A stretch of 64,000 bases of DNA from NCBI RefSeq assembly GCF_009914755.1, contig NC_060936.1. One strand, 5' to 3'. Source of the stretch: the human T2T-CHM13v2.0 reference genome, Homo sapiens. The notes below the pieces were generated by a model, which was not told the DNA's origin, did no database searches, and was given only the letters and a program-made list of their open reading frames with translations. Below, one piece after another: positions 45,573-60,199 of the stretch (positions are counted from its first letter, which is position 1; each line of letters opens with the position of its first letter). The position numbers and the translations under genes are program-made.

Positions 45573-48293
45573 TTAGTCTATTTTGTTGTTGTTGTTGTTG
45601 CCTGTGCCTTTGGTGTCATATTCAAAAAAATATTGCTAAATTCAATGTCATGAAGCTTTTTTCTTATATTTTTTTCTAAGAGTTTTATAATTTTAGGTCT
45701 TATATTTAGGTGTTTAATCCATTTTTAATTGCTCTTTTTATATGGTGTTAGGGGCCAAGTTCATTCTTTTGCATGTGGATATCCAGTTTTCCCAGCACCA
45801 TTTGTTGAAAAGACTATCCTTTTCCCAGTGAATGATGCAGGCACCCTTGTCAAAAATCATATGATCATATATACTAGCGTTTATTTCTGGACTTTCTATT
45901 CTATTTCATGGTCTATATGTTTGTCTTTGTGTCAGTACCACACTGTTTTGATCACTGTAGCTTTATAGTAAGTTTTGAAATCAGAAAGTGTGATTGCCTC
46001 AGCTTTGTTCTTCTTTTCTAAGATCAGTTTTGCTATTCTGGGTCCCTTGGGATTCCATATAAACTTTAAGATGGGTTTTTCTATTTCTCCAAAAAACAAA
46101 AAAAAGGTATTTTTTATTTTGATAGGAATTGCATTAAATCTGTAGATAGATTGCTTTGAATAGTATTGAAATCTTAACATAATTAAATCTTCCAATCTGT
46201 GAATGTGAAAGTGTTTTTCCATTTATTTATGTTTTCTTTAAATTTGTTCAGCAATGTTTTACCATTTTCATTATACAAGCCTTTCCCTCCTGGGTTAATT
46301 ACTAAGTATCTTGTTTTTTTATGCTATTGTAAGTTGAGCTGTTTTCATAATTTTCATTTCAGATTGTTCACTGTTACTCTATAGAAATGCAACTGATTTT
46401 TATATATTGACTTTATATCCTGCTACTTTTCCAAATTCATTTATTATCTCTAATATTTCCTTTTGTGAACTCTTTAGAGTTTTCTACATATAAGATCATA
46501 TCACCTGCAAACAGAGATAATTGTACTTTTTCCTTCCCTAGTTGGATTTTTTAAATTTCTTTTTCTTGCCTATTTGCTCTAAATAGAACTTCCAGTACTA
46601 TTCTAGAAGTCACAAAAGTGGGCATACTTGTTCCTGATTGTAGAAGAAAAGCTTTCAGTCTGTCACCATAGAAGATGATGTTTGCTATGAGTCTTTCATA
46701 TATGGTTTTTATCATATTGAGGTAGTTTCCTTCTACTTCTAGTTTGTTGAGTGTTTTTATCTTAAACGGATCTTGAATTTTGTCAAATGAATTTTCTGCA
46801 TCAATTAAGATATTCAAGGCTTTTTTCACCTCTAATCTGTTAATATGGTGTATATATTGATCAATGTTTGTCTATTGAACAAATCCTTGCATTCTACAAA
46901 TTAATCCCATTTGGACATGGTATATAATCCTTTTAATATGTTGCTGAATTCACTTTGCTGCTATTTTGTTGAGGATTTTTACATCAATGCTCATAAGAGA
47001 TATTGGTTTGTAGTTTTGTTTTGTAGAGTTTTTGGCTGGCTTTGGTATCAGGGTAATACTGGCCTCATAGAATGAGTTGGAAAGTCTCCTTCCTCTTCAA
47101 TTTTTGGAAAAGTTTGAGAAGGATTGATATTCTTTAAACGTTTTGTAGAATTCACTAGTGAAGCTGTCAGCTCCAGGGCTTTTCTTTGTTGGCAACTATT
47201 TGATTACTGATTCAATCCCCTTAAATTTATAGTTCTACTTAGATTTTCTATTTCTTCAGAATTTCGTCTTCATACGCTTTGTATTTCTGACAATTTGTCC
47301 ATTTCATCTAGGTTATCCAACTAGTTGGCATACATTTGTACATAGTGCCCTCTTATAATCCTTTTTATTTCTGTAGAATAGGTAGTAATGTGCCCACTTT
47401 CATCTCTGATTTTAGTAATTTGAGTCTTCCCTTTGTTTTCTTATTCCATCCAGCTAAAGGTTTGTCAATTTTGCTGACCTTTTCAAAGAACCAACTTTTA
47501 GCCTTATTAATCTCCCTGTTGTTTTTCCTATTTTTTAATCTCTGCTTTAATTTCCATTATTTCCTTCCTTCTGCTAGCTTTGGGTAGTTTGTTCTTTTTT
47601 TCTAGTTCCTTAAGTTGTAAAGGTAGGTTGTTGATTTGATGTCTGTCTTGTTTTATAATGTAAGTATTTACAGCTATAAATTTTCCCATCAGCACTGCTT
47701 TCACTGCATCCTGTAAGTTTTGGTATATCGTGATTTCATTTTTATTCACCTTTAAGTATTTTCTAATTTATCTTCTAATTTCTTCTTCAATCCATTTATT
47801 ATGTAAGAGTGTGTTGATTAATTTTCATAAATTTATGAATTTTCCACATTTACTTCTATTATTGATTTCTAACTTCATCCCATTATGGTCAGAGCAGATA
47901 ATTTTTATGATATCCAAGACAATTTGTGGCTTAATGTGTGGTTTATCCTGGAAAATGTCCCATGTGCACTTGAGAAGAATGTGTATGCTGTTGCTGTTGG
48001 GTAGCGTGTCCTACATATGTCTGTTAAATCTAGTTGATTTATTATGTTGTTTAAATTATCTATTTCCTTAATGGTCTTCTGTCTCATTGTTCTAGCCATC
48101 ATTGAGAGTGGGGTATTGAAATCTGCAACTATTATTGTAGAACTGTCTATTTCTCCCTTCAATTTTTTCAGTTTTTGCTTCATACTTTTGACTGATCTAT
48201 CATGAGGTACATAAATGCTTATAATTGTTGTACCTTCTTGATGTATAGAGCTTATTAAGACATAATGTCTTTCTTTGCCTCTTGTAAAAAAAG

Positions 48294-48573
48294 TTTTTGA
48301 GACAGTGTGTGGCTCTGTCACCCAGACTGTATTGTGGTGGTACAGTCTCAGCTCACTGCAACCTCTGCCTCCAGGATCAAGCCATCCTCTCATCTCAGCC
48401 CTCTGAGTAACTGGGACTACAGGCACATGTCACCATGCCTGGCAAATTTTTGTTTTATTTTGTTTAGTTTTGTTTTTTGGTAGAGACAGGGTTTCACCAT
48501 GTTGCCTAGGCTGGTCTCAAATGCCTCAGCTCAAGCAATCTGTCTGCCTCAGCCTCTCGGAGTGCTGGAACTA
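48294..48573 (-). mobile_element. AluJ, 5'-truncated
   Basis: Diverged dimer ending at ggagtgctggaacta. Confidence 0.87.
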
Positions 48574-48734
48574 ATAGTTTTTGATTACTATTTGCATGGA
48601 ATATATATTTTTTTTTTATCTTTCACTCTCAGTTATCTGTATCTTTTCATCTAAAGTGAGTCTCATATAGAAATCATATAGTTGTACCATGTATTTTTAT
48701 ACATTCTTCTCATTTCTGTCTTTTAATTGAAGAG

Positions 48735-49093
48735 TGCTATGGTTTGGAAATTTGTATCCCTCCAGATTCATGTTGAAACTTAGTCCTCAGTGCAATTATA
48801 TTAAGAGGTAGATCCCTTAGGGTGTGATTAGGTCATGAGGGCTCCACCCTCATGGATGGAATTAGTACCTTTATAAAAGGGCTTGAGGAAGAGAGTTCAT
48901 TCCTTTTGCCCCTTCTGCCAAATGAGGATGGAGCAAGAAGGTGCAACTCCTCACCAGGCACTGAATCTTCTGGTGCCTTGATCTTGGACTTCCCAGCCTC
49001 TAGAATACTGAAAAATAAATTTCTATTATTTATAAACTAAAAATGTCACCAGTATGTGATATTTTATTATAGCAGCAGGAATGGACTAAGAGA
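48735..49093 (+). mobile_element. MaLR solo LTR (MST-type)
   Basis: tgctatggtttgg...ggtcatgagggctccaccctcatg...aataaatttcta...ggactaaga; TSD aagag/gagag. Confidence 0.88.
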
Positions 49094-50608
49094 GAGAGTT
49101 TCATCCATTTACATTTAAAGTAATTATGGATAAGGAGAGACTTCTGTCATTTTGCTATTTGCTTTTTATATGGCTTATAGCTTTTTTTGTACCTCATTTC
49201 CTGCATTACTGTCTTCTTTTGTGTTTAGTTGTTTTTTTGTAGTAAAATGTTTACATTCCTGTCTCATTTCCTTCTATGTATATTTTATAGCTATTTTCTT
49301 TGTGGTTACCATGGGGATTACATTTAACTTCTTAAAGTTATAACACTCTAATTTGAATGTATACCAGCTTAATTTTAATAATGTATGAAAACACCACTCC
49401 TTTACAGCTCCAGTCCCACCTCTTTCAGTTGTTGATGTCACAAAATTACATCTTTATACCTTCTGTGTTCCAAAATAAAAATTAATTTTCTAAATGTATT
49501 AGTTTCTTAAATTATGTGGAAAACAAAATGATGTGGAGTTACAAATCAGAGTTACAATAATAACATCTTTTAGGATGATTTTTAAACAGATTAGTTTCTT
49601 AAATTACATATAAAGAGTGGAGTTAGAAACTATTATTACAATAATACTAGCTTTTATAATTGCACATGTATTTAGCTTTATTTACTGAGATCTTTATTTC
49701 TTCATACATCTTCAGCTTACTTTCTAGCGTCCTTTCATTTCACCCTGCATAACTCGCTTAATCATTTTTTGCAGGGCAGATCTAGTGGTAACAAAATCTC
49801 TCAGCTTTCATTTATCTGGGAGTTTCTTACCTTCTCCTTCACTTTGGAAAAACAGTTTTGCTGGATATAGGATTCTAGATTGACAGTTATATTCTTCTAG
49901 CACTTTTAGTATATCAGCATACTGCCTTCTGGCCTCCAAAGTTTCTGATGAGAAATCTGCTGTTAATATTGTGAATCTCTTTTATGTAACAAGTCAGTTC
50001 TCTCTTGCTGTTTGCAAGACTCCCTTTTGTCTTTGTCTTTCGACAGTTTGAATACAATGTGTCTCAGTGTAGGTCTCTTTAAGTTAATCATTCTTGGTAT
50101 TTATTGAAATTCTTGGATGTTTATATTTGTGTTTTTCATCAAACTTGGGAAGTTTTCAGTCATTATTTCTTCAAATATTCTCTTTGCCCTATTCTCTCTC
50201 TTCTCCTTCTGTGAGGACAGGGTCTTTTTTGCCCACTCTGACTTCTGCAAACAGTGTGCAAGCTGCTTCAGGAACGTGTGGGGATGGGTAGCTGCCATTA
50301 TGCTAAGGGCTGAAATTAACCACCATTTGCCTACTATTCAAGCCTTCCCCAGGAAGTTGCAAGCCTTCAATAGGTTTCAGAGTTCCAAAACAGTTACATC
50401 AGCCAGATTCTGTCAATGAAACTGCTGTCTAGGTGGGGAGACAGATTCCTGGTGCTTCCTACACCACTGTCTTCCCAGAATCCTATCACCATGGCTCCTT
50501 TTATTAAAGATTTGTGTTTAGAAACCAATATCTGGCAGCTAAACATTAGAGTTTCTTGGTTGTCTTGGTAGATAGAGCTAGAATGTGAATGTATATATTC
50601 TAGCCCAC

Positions 50609-52916
50609 TGTATTAGCCTGTTCTCATACTGCTATAAAGATACCATCTGAGACTGGGTAATTCATAAACAAAAGAGGTTTAATTGACTCACAGTTCTGCA
50701 TGGCTGGAGAGGCCTCAGGAAACTTACAATCATGGTGGAAGGTGAAGGGGGAGCAAGGCACACCTTATATGGCAGCAGGAAAAGAGAGAGAGTGACAGGG
50801 GAAACTGCCACTTTTAAAATCATCAGATCTTGTGAGAACTCCCTCATTATCATGAGAACAGCATGGGGGAACTGCTCACATAATTCAATCTCCTCCCGCC
50901 AGGTCCCTCTCTCAACACATGGGGATTATAATGGGAGATGAGATTTGGGTAGACACACAGAGCCAAACCATATTATTTTGTCCCTGGCCTCTCCTAAATA
51001 TTATGTCCTTTTTACATTTCAAAACCAATCATACCTTCCCAACAGTCCACCAAAGTCTCAACTCATTCCAACATTAACTCAACAGTCCAACTCCAAAGTC
51101 TCATCGGAGAAAAAGAAAGTCCCTTCTGCCTACGAACCCATAAAATCAAAAACAAGTTAGTTACTTCCAAGATACAAAGGGGGTACAGGCATTGGATAAA
51201 TGTTCCCATTTCAAATGGGAAAAAAATGGCCAAAACAAAGAGGCCACAGGCCCTATGCAAGCTCAAAACCCAGCCCAGCAGTCATTAAATCTTAAACTTC
51301 CAAAATCTCCTTTGATTTTATGTCTCACATCCAAGGCATGCTGATGCAAGTGTGGGCTCCCATGGCCTTGGGCAACTTCACCCCTGTGGCTCTGTAGGGT
51401 ACACCTCATGCAGCTGGCACTGAGTGTCTGTGGCTTTTCTAGGTGCAGAGGGCAAGCTGTCAGTGGATCTACTATTCTGGATTCTGGAGGACAGTGGCCT
51501 TTTCTCACAGCTTTACTAGGCAGAGCCCCAGTGGGGACTCTGCGAGGGGGCCCCAACTCTACATTTCCCCTCCACATTGTGCTAATAGAGGTTCTCCGTG
51601 ACAGCTCCACCCCTGCAGCAGACTTCTTCTTGGACATCCAGGCATTTCCATACATCCTCTGAAATCTAGGCTGAGGCTCCTAAAGCTCAACTCTTGTCTT
51701 CTCTATACCCCAGGTCCAACACCACATGGAAGCTGCCAAGGTTTGTGGCTTGCACTCTCTGAAGCAACAGGTTGAGCTGTATATTGGTCCTTTTTTAGCC
51801 ACAGCTGGAGCTGGAGTGGCTGGGATGCAGGGCACCAAGTCCTGAGGCTTCACAGAGCAGCAGGGCCCTGAGCCCTGGGCCCAGCGCACAAAGCCATTTT
51901 TCCCTCCTAGGCCTCTGGGCCTGTGATGAGAGGTCTCTGATATGCCCTGGAGACATTTTCTCCATTGTCTTGACTATTAACATTCAGCTCCTCATTACTT
52001 ATGTAAATTTCTCCCCCCAAAATTTTTTTTTCTATCACATGCTCAGGTTGCACATTTTCTGAAACTTTATGCTCTGCTTCCCTTTCAAACATAAGTTCCA
52101 ATTTCAAACCCTCTCTTTGTGAACATATTTAACTGAACACTTTCAAAATAAGCCAGGTCACATCTTGAATGCTTTGCTGCTTAGAAATTTCTTCTGCCAG
52201 ATACCCTAAATTATCTCTCTCAAGTTCAAAGTTCCACAGATCTCTAGGGTAGGGGCAAAGTGCCACCAGTTGCTAAAGCATAGCATGAATGATCTTTACT
52301 CCAGTTCCCAATAAGTTCCTTATCTCCATCTAAGACCTTCTCAATCTGGACTTCATTGTCCATATCACTATCAGCATTTTGGTCAAAACCATTCAACAAG
52401 TCTCCAGGAAGTTCCAAACTTGCCCACATCTTTCTATCTTCTTCTGAGTCCTCCCCACTGTTCCAAACTCTGCCTGTTACCCAGTTCCAAAGTTGCTTCC
52501 ATATTTTCAGGTAGTATCTTTAGAGCAATACCCCACTCTGCAGGTACCAATTCTCTGTATTAGTCCATTCTCACACTGCTATAAAGATACTACCTGGGAC
52601 TGGGTAATTCATAAACGAAAGAGGTTTAATTGACTCATAGTTCTGCATTGCTGAAGAGGCCTCAGGAAACTTACAATCATGGTGGAAGGTAAAGGGGAAG
52701 CAAGGCACATCTTACATGGTGGCAGGAGACAGCATGCAAGGGAAACTGCCACTTTTGAAACCATCAGATCACGTGAGAACTCCCTCACTATCATGAGAAC
52801 AACACGGGGGAACCACTCCCATGGTTCAATCTCCTCCCACCAGGTCCCTCCTTCAACACATGGGGATTATAATTGGAGATGAGATTTGGGTAGGGACACA
52901 GAGCCAAACCATATCA
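50609..52916 (-). mobile_element. Full-length THE1D-like MaLR (LTR-int-LTR)
   Basis: LTRs 50609-50975 and 52556-52916; about 1.6-kb internal region; PBS-like tggtacctgcagagtgggg (minus) next to the 5' LTR; perfect TSD cccac. Confidence 0.95.
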
Positions 52917-53219
52917 CCCACCCATCCACATACACTTATATTTATATTTCCATCTGCATGTGTGTATAGTAAATTTCATTAGTTTGTACTGATAACTAAT
53001 TTTAATCAAACACCACAGGATTTATTTTAGCCTTCCCCTTTTCTTATTGATAACTTCTTATTTTCTAACAGAGTAAAACAAAATTTTCATCATTTATAAT
53101 CTATTTACTTATTTAGTCAATTCTAATATAGGTATAAAGAAGTTTCAGGATTGCTGGTTCATAATTTTTGAAAAGGAACCTACCTACTTTTGCTAACAAG
53201 ATTACAGCATCCACATATA

Positions 53220-53250
<31 letters not shown>

Positions 53251-53659
53251 GCTTTAGTATGAGGTCCAATCAACATTATGTCTTCCACAGTTACTAGAGT
53301 TTAGTTTTTTTTTCTTTTACACCCACCTCATTGTGGTTATGTTGTTCATTTTCAATAGCCTTGTTAGTATTTGTATTCCAGTTTGGGTTCCCCTCACAAC
53401 CTGGTTGGTTTTCATTGTTGTTTATTTTTAGGTATATGAAATATTCCTATGACTATAAGTCAAAGCTACTCAAAAATACATAATCACAGAGGTTTCATTC
53501 CCTCGTCAACCCAACTGCTCTTCCCCTGCCTTACACCTCTTTCTACCCCACCCCTGTAGAGAACCAGTCTTTTCCATTCTAGTTTCTCTTTCCTGATTTC
53601 TCTTTGGCACATATCAGCAAATGATAAAATAAAGATTCTTGTTAAAACAAAATTTCCTG

Positions 53660-53880
53660 ACAAAATCAAAGCTCCTCATGGAGCTTACATTCTGTAATTC
53701 CCTCTACATGCAAGACACTATACAAAGAACTTAAAGGACAAGAGATACATAGAAAATATAAATAGGCCATACATTAGAGGTTTACATTCTTGATAATAGA
53801 TAACATGTACTTGTGTTCTTGATGGGAGATAATGTGCACATTCATGAAAAATACAACATGATTTATACTAAGTTCCAAAT
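53660..53880 (-). mobile_element. L2 fragments
   Basis: cctcatggagcttacattct and gaggtttacattct motifs. Confidence 0.5.
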
Positions 53881-53911
53881 GACAAGCACTAATTTCTTCC
53901 TTCTTTCTCTT

Positions 53912-55500
53912 TTTTTTTCCAACTTATATTTTAAGTTCAGGGATACGTGTGCAGGATGTACAGGTTTATTATAGTTTAACATGTGCCATGGTGGTTTGCT
54001 GCACAGATCATCCCATCACCTAGGTATTAAGCCCATCACTCATGGGCTATCCTTCTTGATGCTGTTCCTTTTCCATACCCCAACCCTCTGACATGCCCCA
54101 GTGTGTGTTGTTCCCCCAAAGTGTAAATGTGTTCTCATGATTCAGCTCCCACTTATAAGTCAGAACATGCAGTATTTGGTTTTCTGTTCCTGTGTTAGTT
54201 TGCTGAGGATAATGGCTTCCAGCTCCATCCATGTCCCTGCAAAGGACATGAGTTCATTCTTTTTTTATGGCTGCATGGTATTCCATGATGTATATATATG
54301 TACCACATTTTCTTTATCCGGTCTATCATTGATGGGCATTTAGGTTGGTTCCAACCTACTACTGTGAATAGTGCTGTATGTGTGCATGTGTCTTTATAAT
54401 AGAATGATTTATATTCCTTTTGGTATATACCTTGTAATGAGATTTCTGAGTCAAATTGTATTTCTGCCTCTAGGTCTTCAAGGACCACACTGTCTTCCAC
54501 AATAGTTGAGCTAATTTACACTCCCACCAACAGTGTAAAAGCATTCCTTTTTCTCCACAACCTTGCCAGCATGCTCATGGATAAGAAGAATCAACATCAT
54601 GAAAATGGCCATACTCCCCAAAGCAATTTACAGATTCAATGCTATTCTCATTAAACTACCCCGACATTCTTCACAGAATTAGAAAAAGCTATTTTAAAAT
54701 TCATACAGAACCAAAAAAGAGTCCAAATAGCCAAGACAATATGAAACAAACAAACAAAAAAAGCTGGAGGCATCATGCTACCTGACTTCAAATTATACTA
54801 CAAGGCTACAGTAACCAAATCAGCATGGTACTGGTACAAGAATAGACACATAGACCAATGGAACAGAATAAAGAACCCAGAAACAAGACCACACACCTAC
54901 AATTATCTGATCTTCAATAAACCTGACAGAAACAAGTAATGAGGAAAAGATTCCCTATTTAATAAATGGTGCTGGGAGAACTGGCTAGCCATATGCAGAA
55001 AAATGAAAGCTGATCCCTTCCTTACACTGTATACAAAAATCAACTCAAGATGGAGTAAAGACTTAAATGTAAAACCCAAAACTATAAAAACCCTAGAAGA
55101 AAATCTAGGCAATACCATTCAGGACATAGGCATGGGCAAAGATTTCATGATGAAGATGCCAAAAGCAATAGCAAAAATTGACAAATGGGATCTAACTAAA
55201 CTAAAGAATTTCTGCATAGCAAAAGAAACTATCATCAGAGTGAACAGAAAATCTACACAATGGGAGACAAATTTTGAAATATATCCATCTGACAAAAGTC
55301 ATCTAGCATCTACAAAGAACTTAAATTTACAAGAAAAAAAGAAACAACCCCATTAAAAAATAGGCAAAGGACATGAACAGACACTTCTCAAAAGAAGACA
55401 TACATATATGACCAACAAACATATCAGAAAAAGCTCAACATCACTGATCATTGGAGAAATGCAAATCAAAGCCACAATGAGATACTGCCTCACCCCAGTC
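53912..55500 (-). mobile_element. L1PA8-like insertion with 5' inversion (twin priming)
   Basis: 3' end on minus 53912-54572; ORF2 segment on plus about 54570-55500; TSD ctttctctt at 53903-53911 and 55503-55511. Confidence 0.93.
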
Positions 55501-55511
55501 TCCTTTCTCTT

Positions 55512-56150
55512 AAACACTTGTGGAGCACCTACTATGTGGCAGACACTGTTCCACTGTCTAGGGATACAGCAGTGAAGAGGAAAAAACTCTGCTTTTAAGG
55601 AGCTTACAGTTTTGTGGCAAGAGAAAGACCATCAATCAATCAAAAAATAAAAAGTCAAAACACATTAGCTATCAGATAAAGATAACTGCTTTGAAGGAAA
55701 ATAAGCAGGACAGAGGGATAGAGGTGTTTGGATAAAAATACAGTTGTGAAGTCTCAGAAAGTTCTTTTGGAAAAGCAAACACCTGAAAAATGTAAAGACT
55801 GAGCCATCTGGGTGAAAGCACCAGGTGGAGGGAGCAGTCTGGAAGAATTTGGAAGAAAAGAAAATCACTTACAGATTTGTTTCCAGGGAAACTTCACACA
55901 GAAGGTGGGGTTTAGCTAGGCTTAGAAATATGGCAGGACTCTGGGACATGGAGAGAACAGGAAGGGAATTCTAGATGAGCAGTAATAGAGCACAGGCAGG
56001 GAGGGCCAAATAAGTCAACCCATCCATCTGTGAAAGAGTTTGGATAAGGCTAGTAAAGCAGTTGGAGAAGGTTATGAGCGTTTTGAATGCTGGACTAGAG
56101 TAGTCCTTTCCCCAAAGGCATTGGGGAAATCATTAAAGGAGCCTAAAAGC
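55512..56150 (-). mobile_element. L2
   Basis: gagcacctactatgtggcagacactg...gggatacagcagtgaa..ggagcttaca. Confidence 0.8.
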
Positions 56151-56318
56151 AGAATACACAGAAGTGTATATAGTTTGAGCCCATACCCTTTTATTGGCAG
56201 AAGAAAATCACACATATGTACACACAGATATGTAAGACCACAGGAATACACCCAATGGTAACACCCGTTATTTCTGGATGATGAAACGGTGAGTGATTTT
56301 TATTTTTCTTTATGCTTT

Positions 56319-56688
<370 letters not shown>

Positions 56689-57343
56689 TAAGCAGAAAAA
56701 AGTGAAAGAATAAGCATTGTTATCATCGGAAAGGAAAAATTTAACATGGGAATGGCCCAAGGGAGTGTTTGGAAAAAATTAAGTGAACAGTGGATACCAA
56801 TGGACAAGAAAAAGAAGGAGAAGCTTACTCAGCAGCCTTTGAGCCACAGAATACAAACTCTTTTCTCTTGTAAGGTCAGCCCCAGTTCTGTATTTGAGAG
56901 TAAGCAATAGAGACAGCTGTGTGTATGGTTGACATTTCTCTACATTTTGCTCAGCTGTTGGCAGCAGCCCTACTTTCTCTCTCCCCAAGCAGAGAGAGGG
57001 AAACTGCTAAACTGCAAAAAGAAGAAAATCCAAAATCCAAGATGCATTAAGATACAGTTTGTATGTTTGTTCCTTCTACATATTTGGGTGTCGCAGCTCA
57101 AATCCAACCTAAAAATAACAAGAGAAGGAGCATTTTTTTGCGAAGTGAGATACAAGCTCCACTTTGTGAAATTATTCCTCTGGGAATGTCCACAGAAGCT
57201 ATCATCTTCTTTCACATAATCCCAGGAAATAAGATGGCATGGGAGAAGATGTCTTTCAAGGGATCTGTCCAGGAATGAAGGACACTGAATTAGCAAGTCT
57301 TTGTTTCCAAACCTAAATCAGCGGTGCCCAAAACTTACCTTCC

Positions 57344-57722
57344 GTTATGGACTGAATTGTGTCTTCTGTTCCCACCCGCCAAATTTATTTGTTAAAGCTC
57401 TAACCCCCAATGTCATGGAATATGGAGATGAGGCCTTTGAGAGATAATTAGGTTTAGATGAGGTCACCAGGGTGGCGCCCTTCTGATGGAATTATGCCCT
57501 TCTAAGAACAGAAACCAGAGAGCTTGCCCCCTCTCTGCCATTAAGGACACAGACAGAAGGCAGAAGTTTTTAAGTCTGGAAGAGAGCCCTCACCAGAAAT
57601 CAACCATGCTGGCACCCTGATCCCAGACTTCCAGACTCCAGAGCTGTGAGAAATAAATGTCTGTTGTTTAAGCTACCTCAGTCTATGGTGTTTTGTTACG
57701 GCAGCCTAAGCAGACAATGACA
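57344..57722 (+). mobile_element. MaLR solo LTR, MLT1A-like
   Basis: gttatggactgaattgtgtc...gacttccagactccagagctgtgagaaataaatgtctgttgtttaagc...gcagcctaagcagac. Confidence 0.9.
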
Positions 57723-58141
57723 ATTTCTCTCCCTCTGAGTTCCTCGTGGACCCACTGTCTGCACCATTACTTTAACTGCATCCTAGTCTGTCTTACAGTC
57801 TTGTGTGTTTTAGGGGTAGATCTAGAGTCTCTGCTATGTTAGTGTTTTGAAATCAGGAACTATGTCCTTAAGTTCTGCTACCTTCTGTATTGGCCCCCAA
57901 AGTATTATATATACATTCATCACTCAGTCAAAAAGTATGTATCAAGTAACTACCATATACCAACCACATTGATAAACTCTGAGGACTAGAGAGATGACAA
58001 AAAAGAAGTTTTTAAGCGTTGAGCAGCAGAGCAAACAAAACAGGTACATACATAAACAAACCTAACAAATGCAATAAGCACAATTCTAGTGGCAAGTGAA
58101 ATGCATGGGCACACAAAGGAAGGAATGACTCTTTTACCTGG

Positions 58142-58864
58142 TGTCAACTAAAGAGAAAAAAAATCAGACTATTTTTCCTTTGTTTGTTTGTAGAGACGGG
58201 GTCTTACATATTGTCCAGGCTGGTCTCCAACTCCTGGCCTCAAGTGATTCTCCCACCTCAGCCTCCCAAAGTGCTGAAATTACAGGTATGAGCCACCATG
58301 CACCGATAAAAAAAATCAAGCTTTTAAAGATTTAAAGCTAATTTTATTTAAAAGTCTTACTAAGGACTATAGACTGAGGCCTATAGCCCAGAAGCAGCCC
58401 TTTAGAGAGGTTGTATCTGAGGTTCTATCAGACTGCGCCAGCCCAGTGTTTTAGCAGTGGGCTATATAGATAATGAAGGTTTAGTGTGTGTAAAATCATA
58501 TCAAACTTGTTCAGAAGTTACAGTAAAGAGGAATCACATCAAGGGTGTAAGAGTATATCTGGTTGTAGATATATACATTTGGGTGTAAGAGTATATCCAG
58601 TTATAGATTATAGAGGCATAATCACTAACTTTGTCAGACATTATCTTACGCGTAGGAAAAGGCAAGAACTAGGGTCATTTATCTTTTAAGATATATAGTA
58701 ACTCAGGCAAGAGATGTGGGACACCGTGTGCTCTATCCTGTTTGGTTTGCAAAGCGTATCTCCAGAGAACTGCATGTGGTCACAGAGTCAGAGCCTTTGT
58801 GAAATCACACTGGCAAGCAGAAATGAGCAAATATGACTTCTTACCTATGCTACTTTGTCTCACA
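58142..58864 (-). mobile_element. Solo ERV1 LTR, MER67-like
   Basis: Termini tgtcaactaaag...ctggcaagcagaaatgagcaaa..gctactttgtctcaca; flanks ctgg/gtgg. Confidence 0.75.
58171..58305 (-). mobile_element. Alu left monomer (FLAM-like) within the LTR
   Basis: tttgtagagacggggtcttac...agccaccatgcacc; aaaaaaaatca duplicated on both sides. Confidence 0.85.
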
Positions 58865-60199
58865 GTGGGAAGTACAGATGACTCCCCAGGTGAGACGGCA
58901 TTTGATTGAGAGCTTAAAACAAGAGTTCCACAGATGAGGAGAAGAAAGAAGCTTTCACTCCAGGCAGGAGGAACAGTGTGAGGGTGAATACAGAGTATGG
59001 TAGAGGAAAACAGAATGGTCTGGTGTAGTGTATGGGAGTGGGGAATGGGAGGAGGGGTTAGAAACGTGGAGAAATCAGACTAGACAAGTAGGTTAGATGC
59101 AAATCATGAAGGACACTGATTCCTGAATGAAACCCTAAAGAGCTTCTACCTAATGTTCTAAATCTTAGTCTGCTCTCAGGGATTTTAAAGCAGGGAATGA
59201 GTGATCTAATCTGCAATTTGGAAAATAATCCCTAGAAAAAGAAAATAACATAATATCAGAAATAGAGACTCTAAAGGAGAATAGTGAAGAGATTGTTGTA
59301 ATGGTCTAGCCAAGAGATAACAAAAGAGGAACAAGGGGAGGGACAGAGAGAATGGAGAGGAGGGCAGCATCATGGAGCCAGCTGAGTGTAGAAACCATGT
59401 CTGGAATTCAAGCAATTACCACTGTTACATGATTTTCCTCTAACACATTCTGTAGCCCTGAGCAAGAAAGGGTAACAAACCAGCCAACAAATGGGAGGTT
59501 TTTCCTGAGTGCATGATGAGAAAGGCAGGTGCTACTGGAAATCACTGGGTTACTGGGACTAAGAACATTGGTGAGCATGTTGGGTGGGTGATTTTTCACA
59601 AATCCGGATGGGAGGAAAGGAAGAATCTAAAGGAACAGCAAGGACTCACAAGAACAGATGTCCAATGAGGCTAAAGAATGGGTTACAAAAAGAAAAAGAA
59701 AGCAGAAAAAGGATTTCAAAATTCAGGATTTCAAAGATTGAGTCATTTTATATGTGACAAGGCTCCAGGTATAGCTACTTGTGATTAAATTAATTCATTA
59801 ATGTAAAAAAAACCAGAAAGTTCTTAGATGAAATAATTTTAAGGAACTGAGAGATTCAGTTGTTAAATAGGTAATCAGAAAGGACATTGAAGTCAACCAG
59901 AGTAATGACATGGGCTAGAGAGAAGCGGCAGACTGCAGGAAAACTGCTGCAGTCCTCAGAGAATGGATGGGAAGGCTAAGGAGGCATATAGATGAAGTTC
60001 TATATCAGTAAAGGAATTCTAATTTAAATTGTTTCAGAACTGCCAGGAAAGCTGCAGAACAGAGGTCTGAAAACATAAGAGAAGCCAGGAAAATGCAAGT
60101 CCTTCCTCCTGACCCTAGAAAATCTCTGCTGCCAAGGCTGGGACTCTGCTGCCAACTTCAGGCCTGGGAAAACCAAGACTCCAGGAGCTCTACCTCTAG

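Larger units (their letters stand above)
57915..60100 (-). mobile_element. L2, interrupted by an ERV1 LTR
   Basis: cattcatcactcag..tatcaagtaactac start; gggattttaaagcagggaatgagtgatcta. Confidence 0.65.

Noticed and set aside
58543-58612. Tandem duplication gggtgtaagagtatatc in the MER67-like LTR
   Set aside because: Internal repeats are common in ERV1 LTR U3 regions and may be part of the consensus
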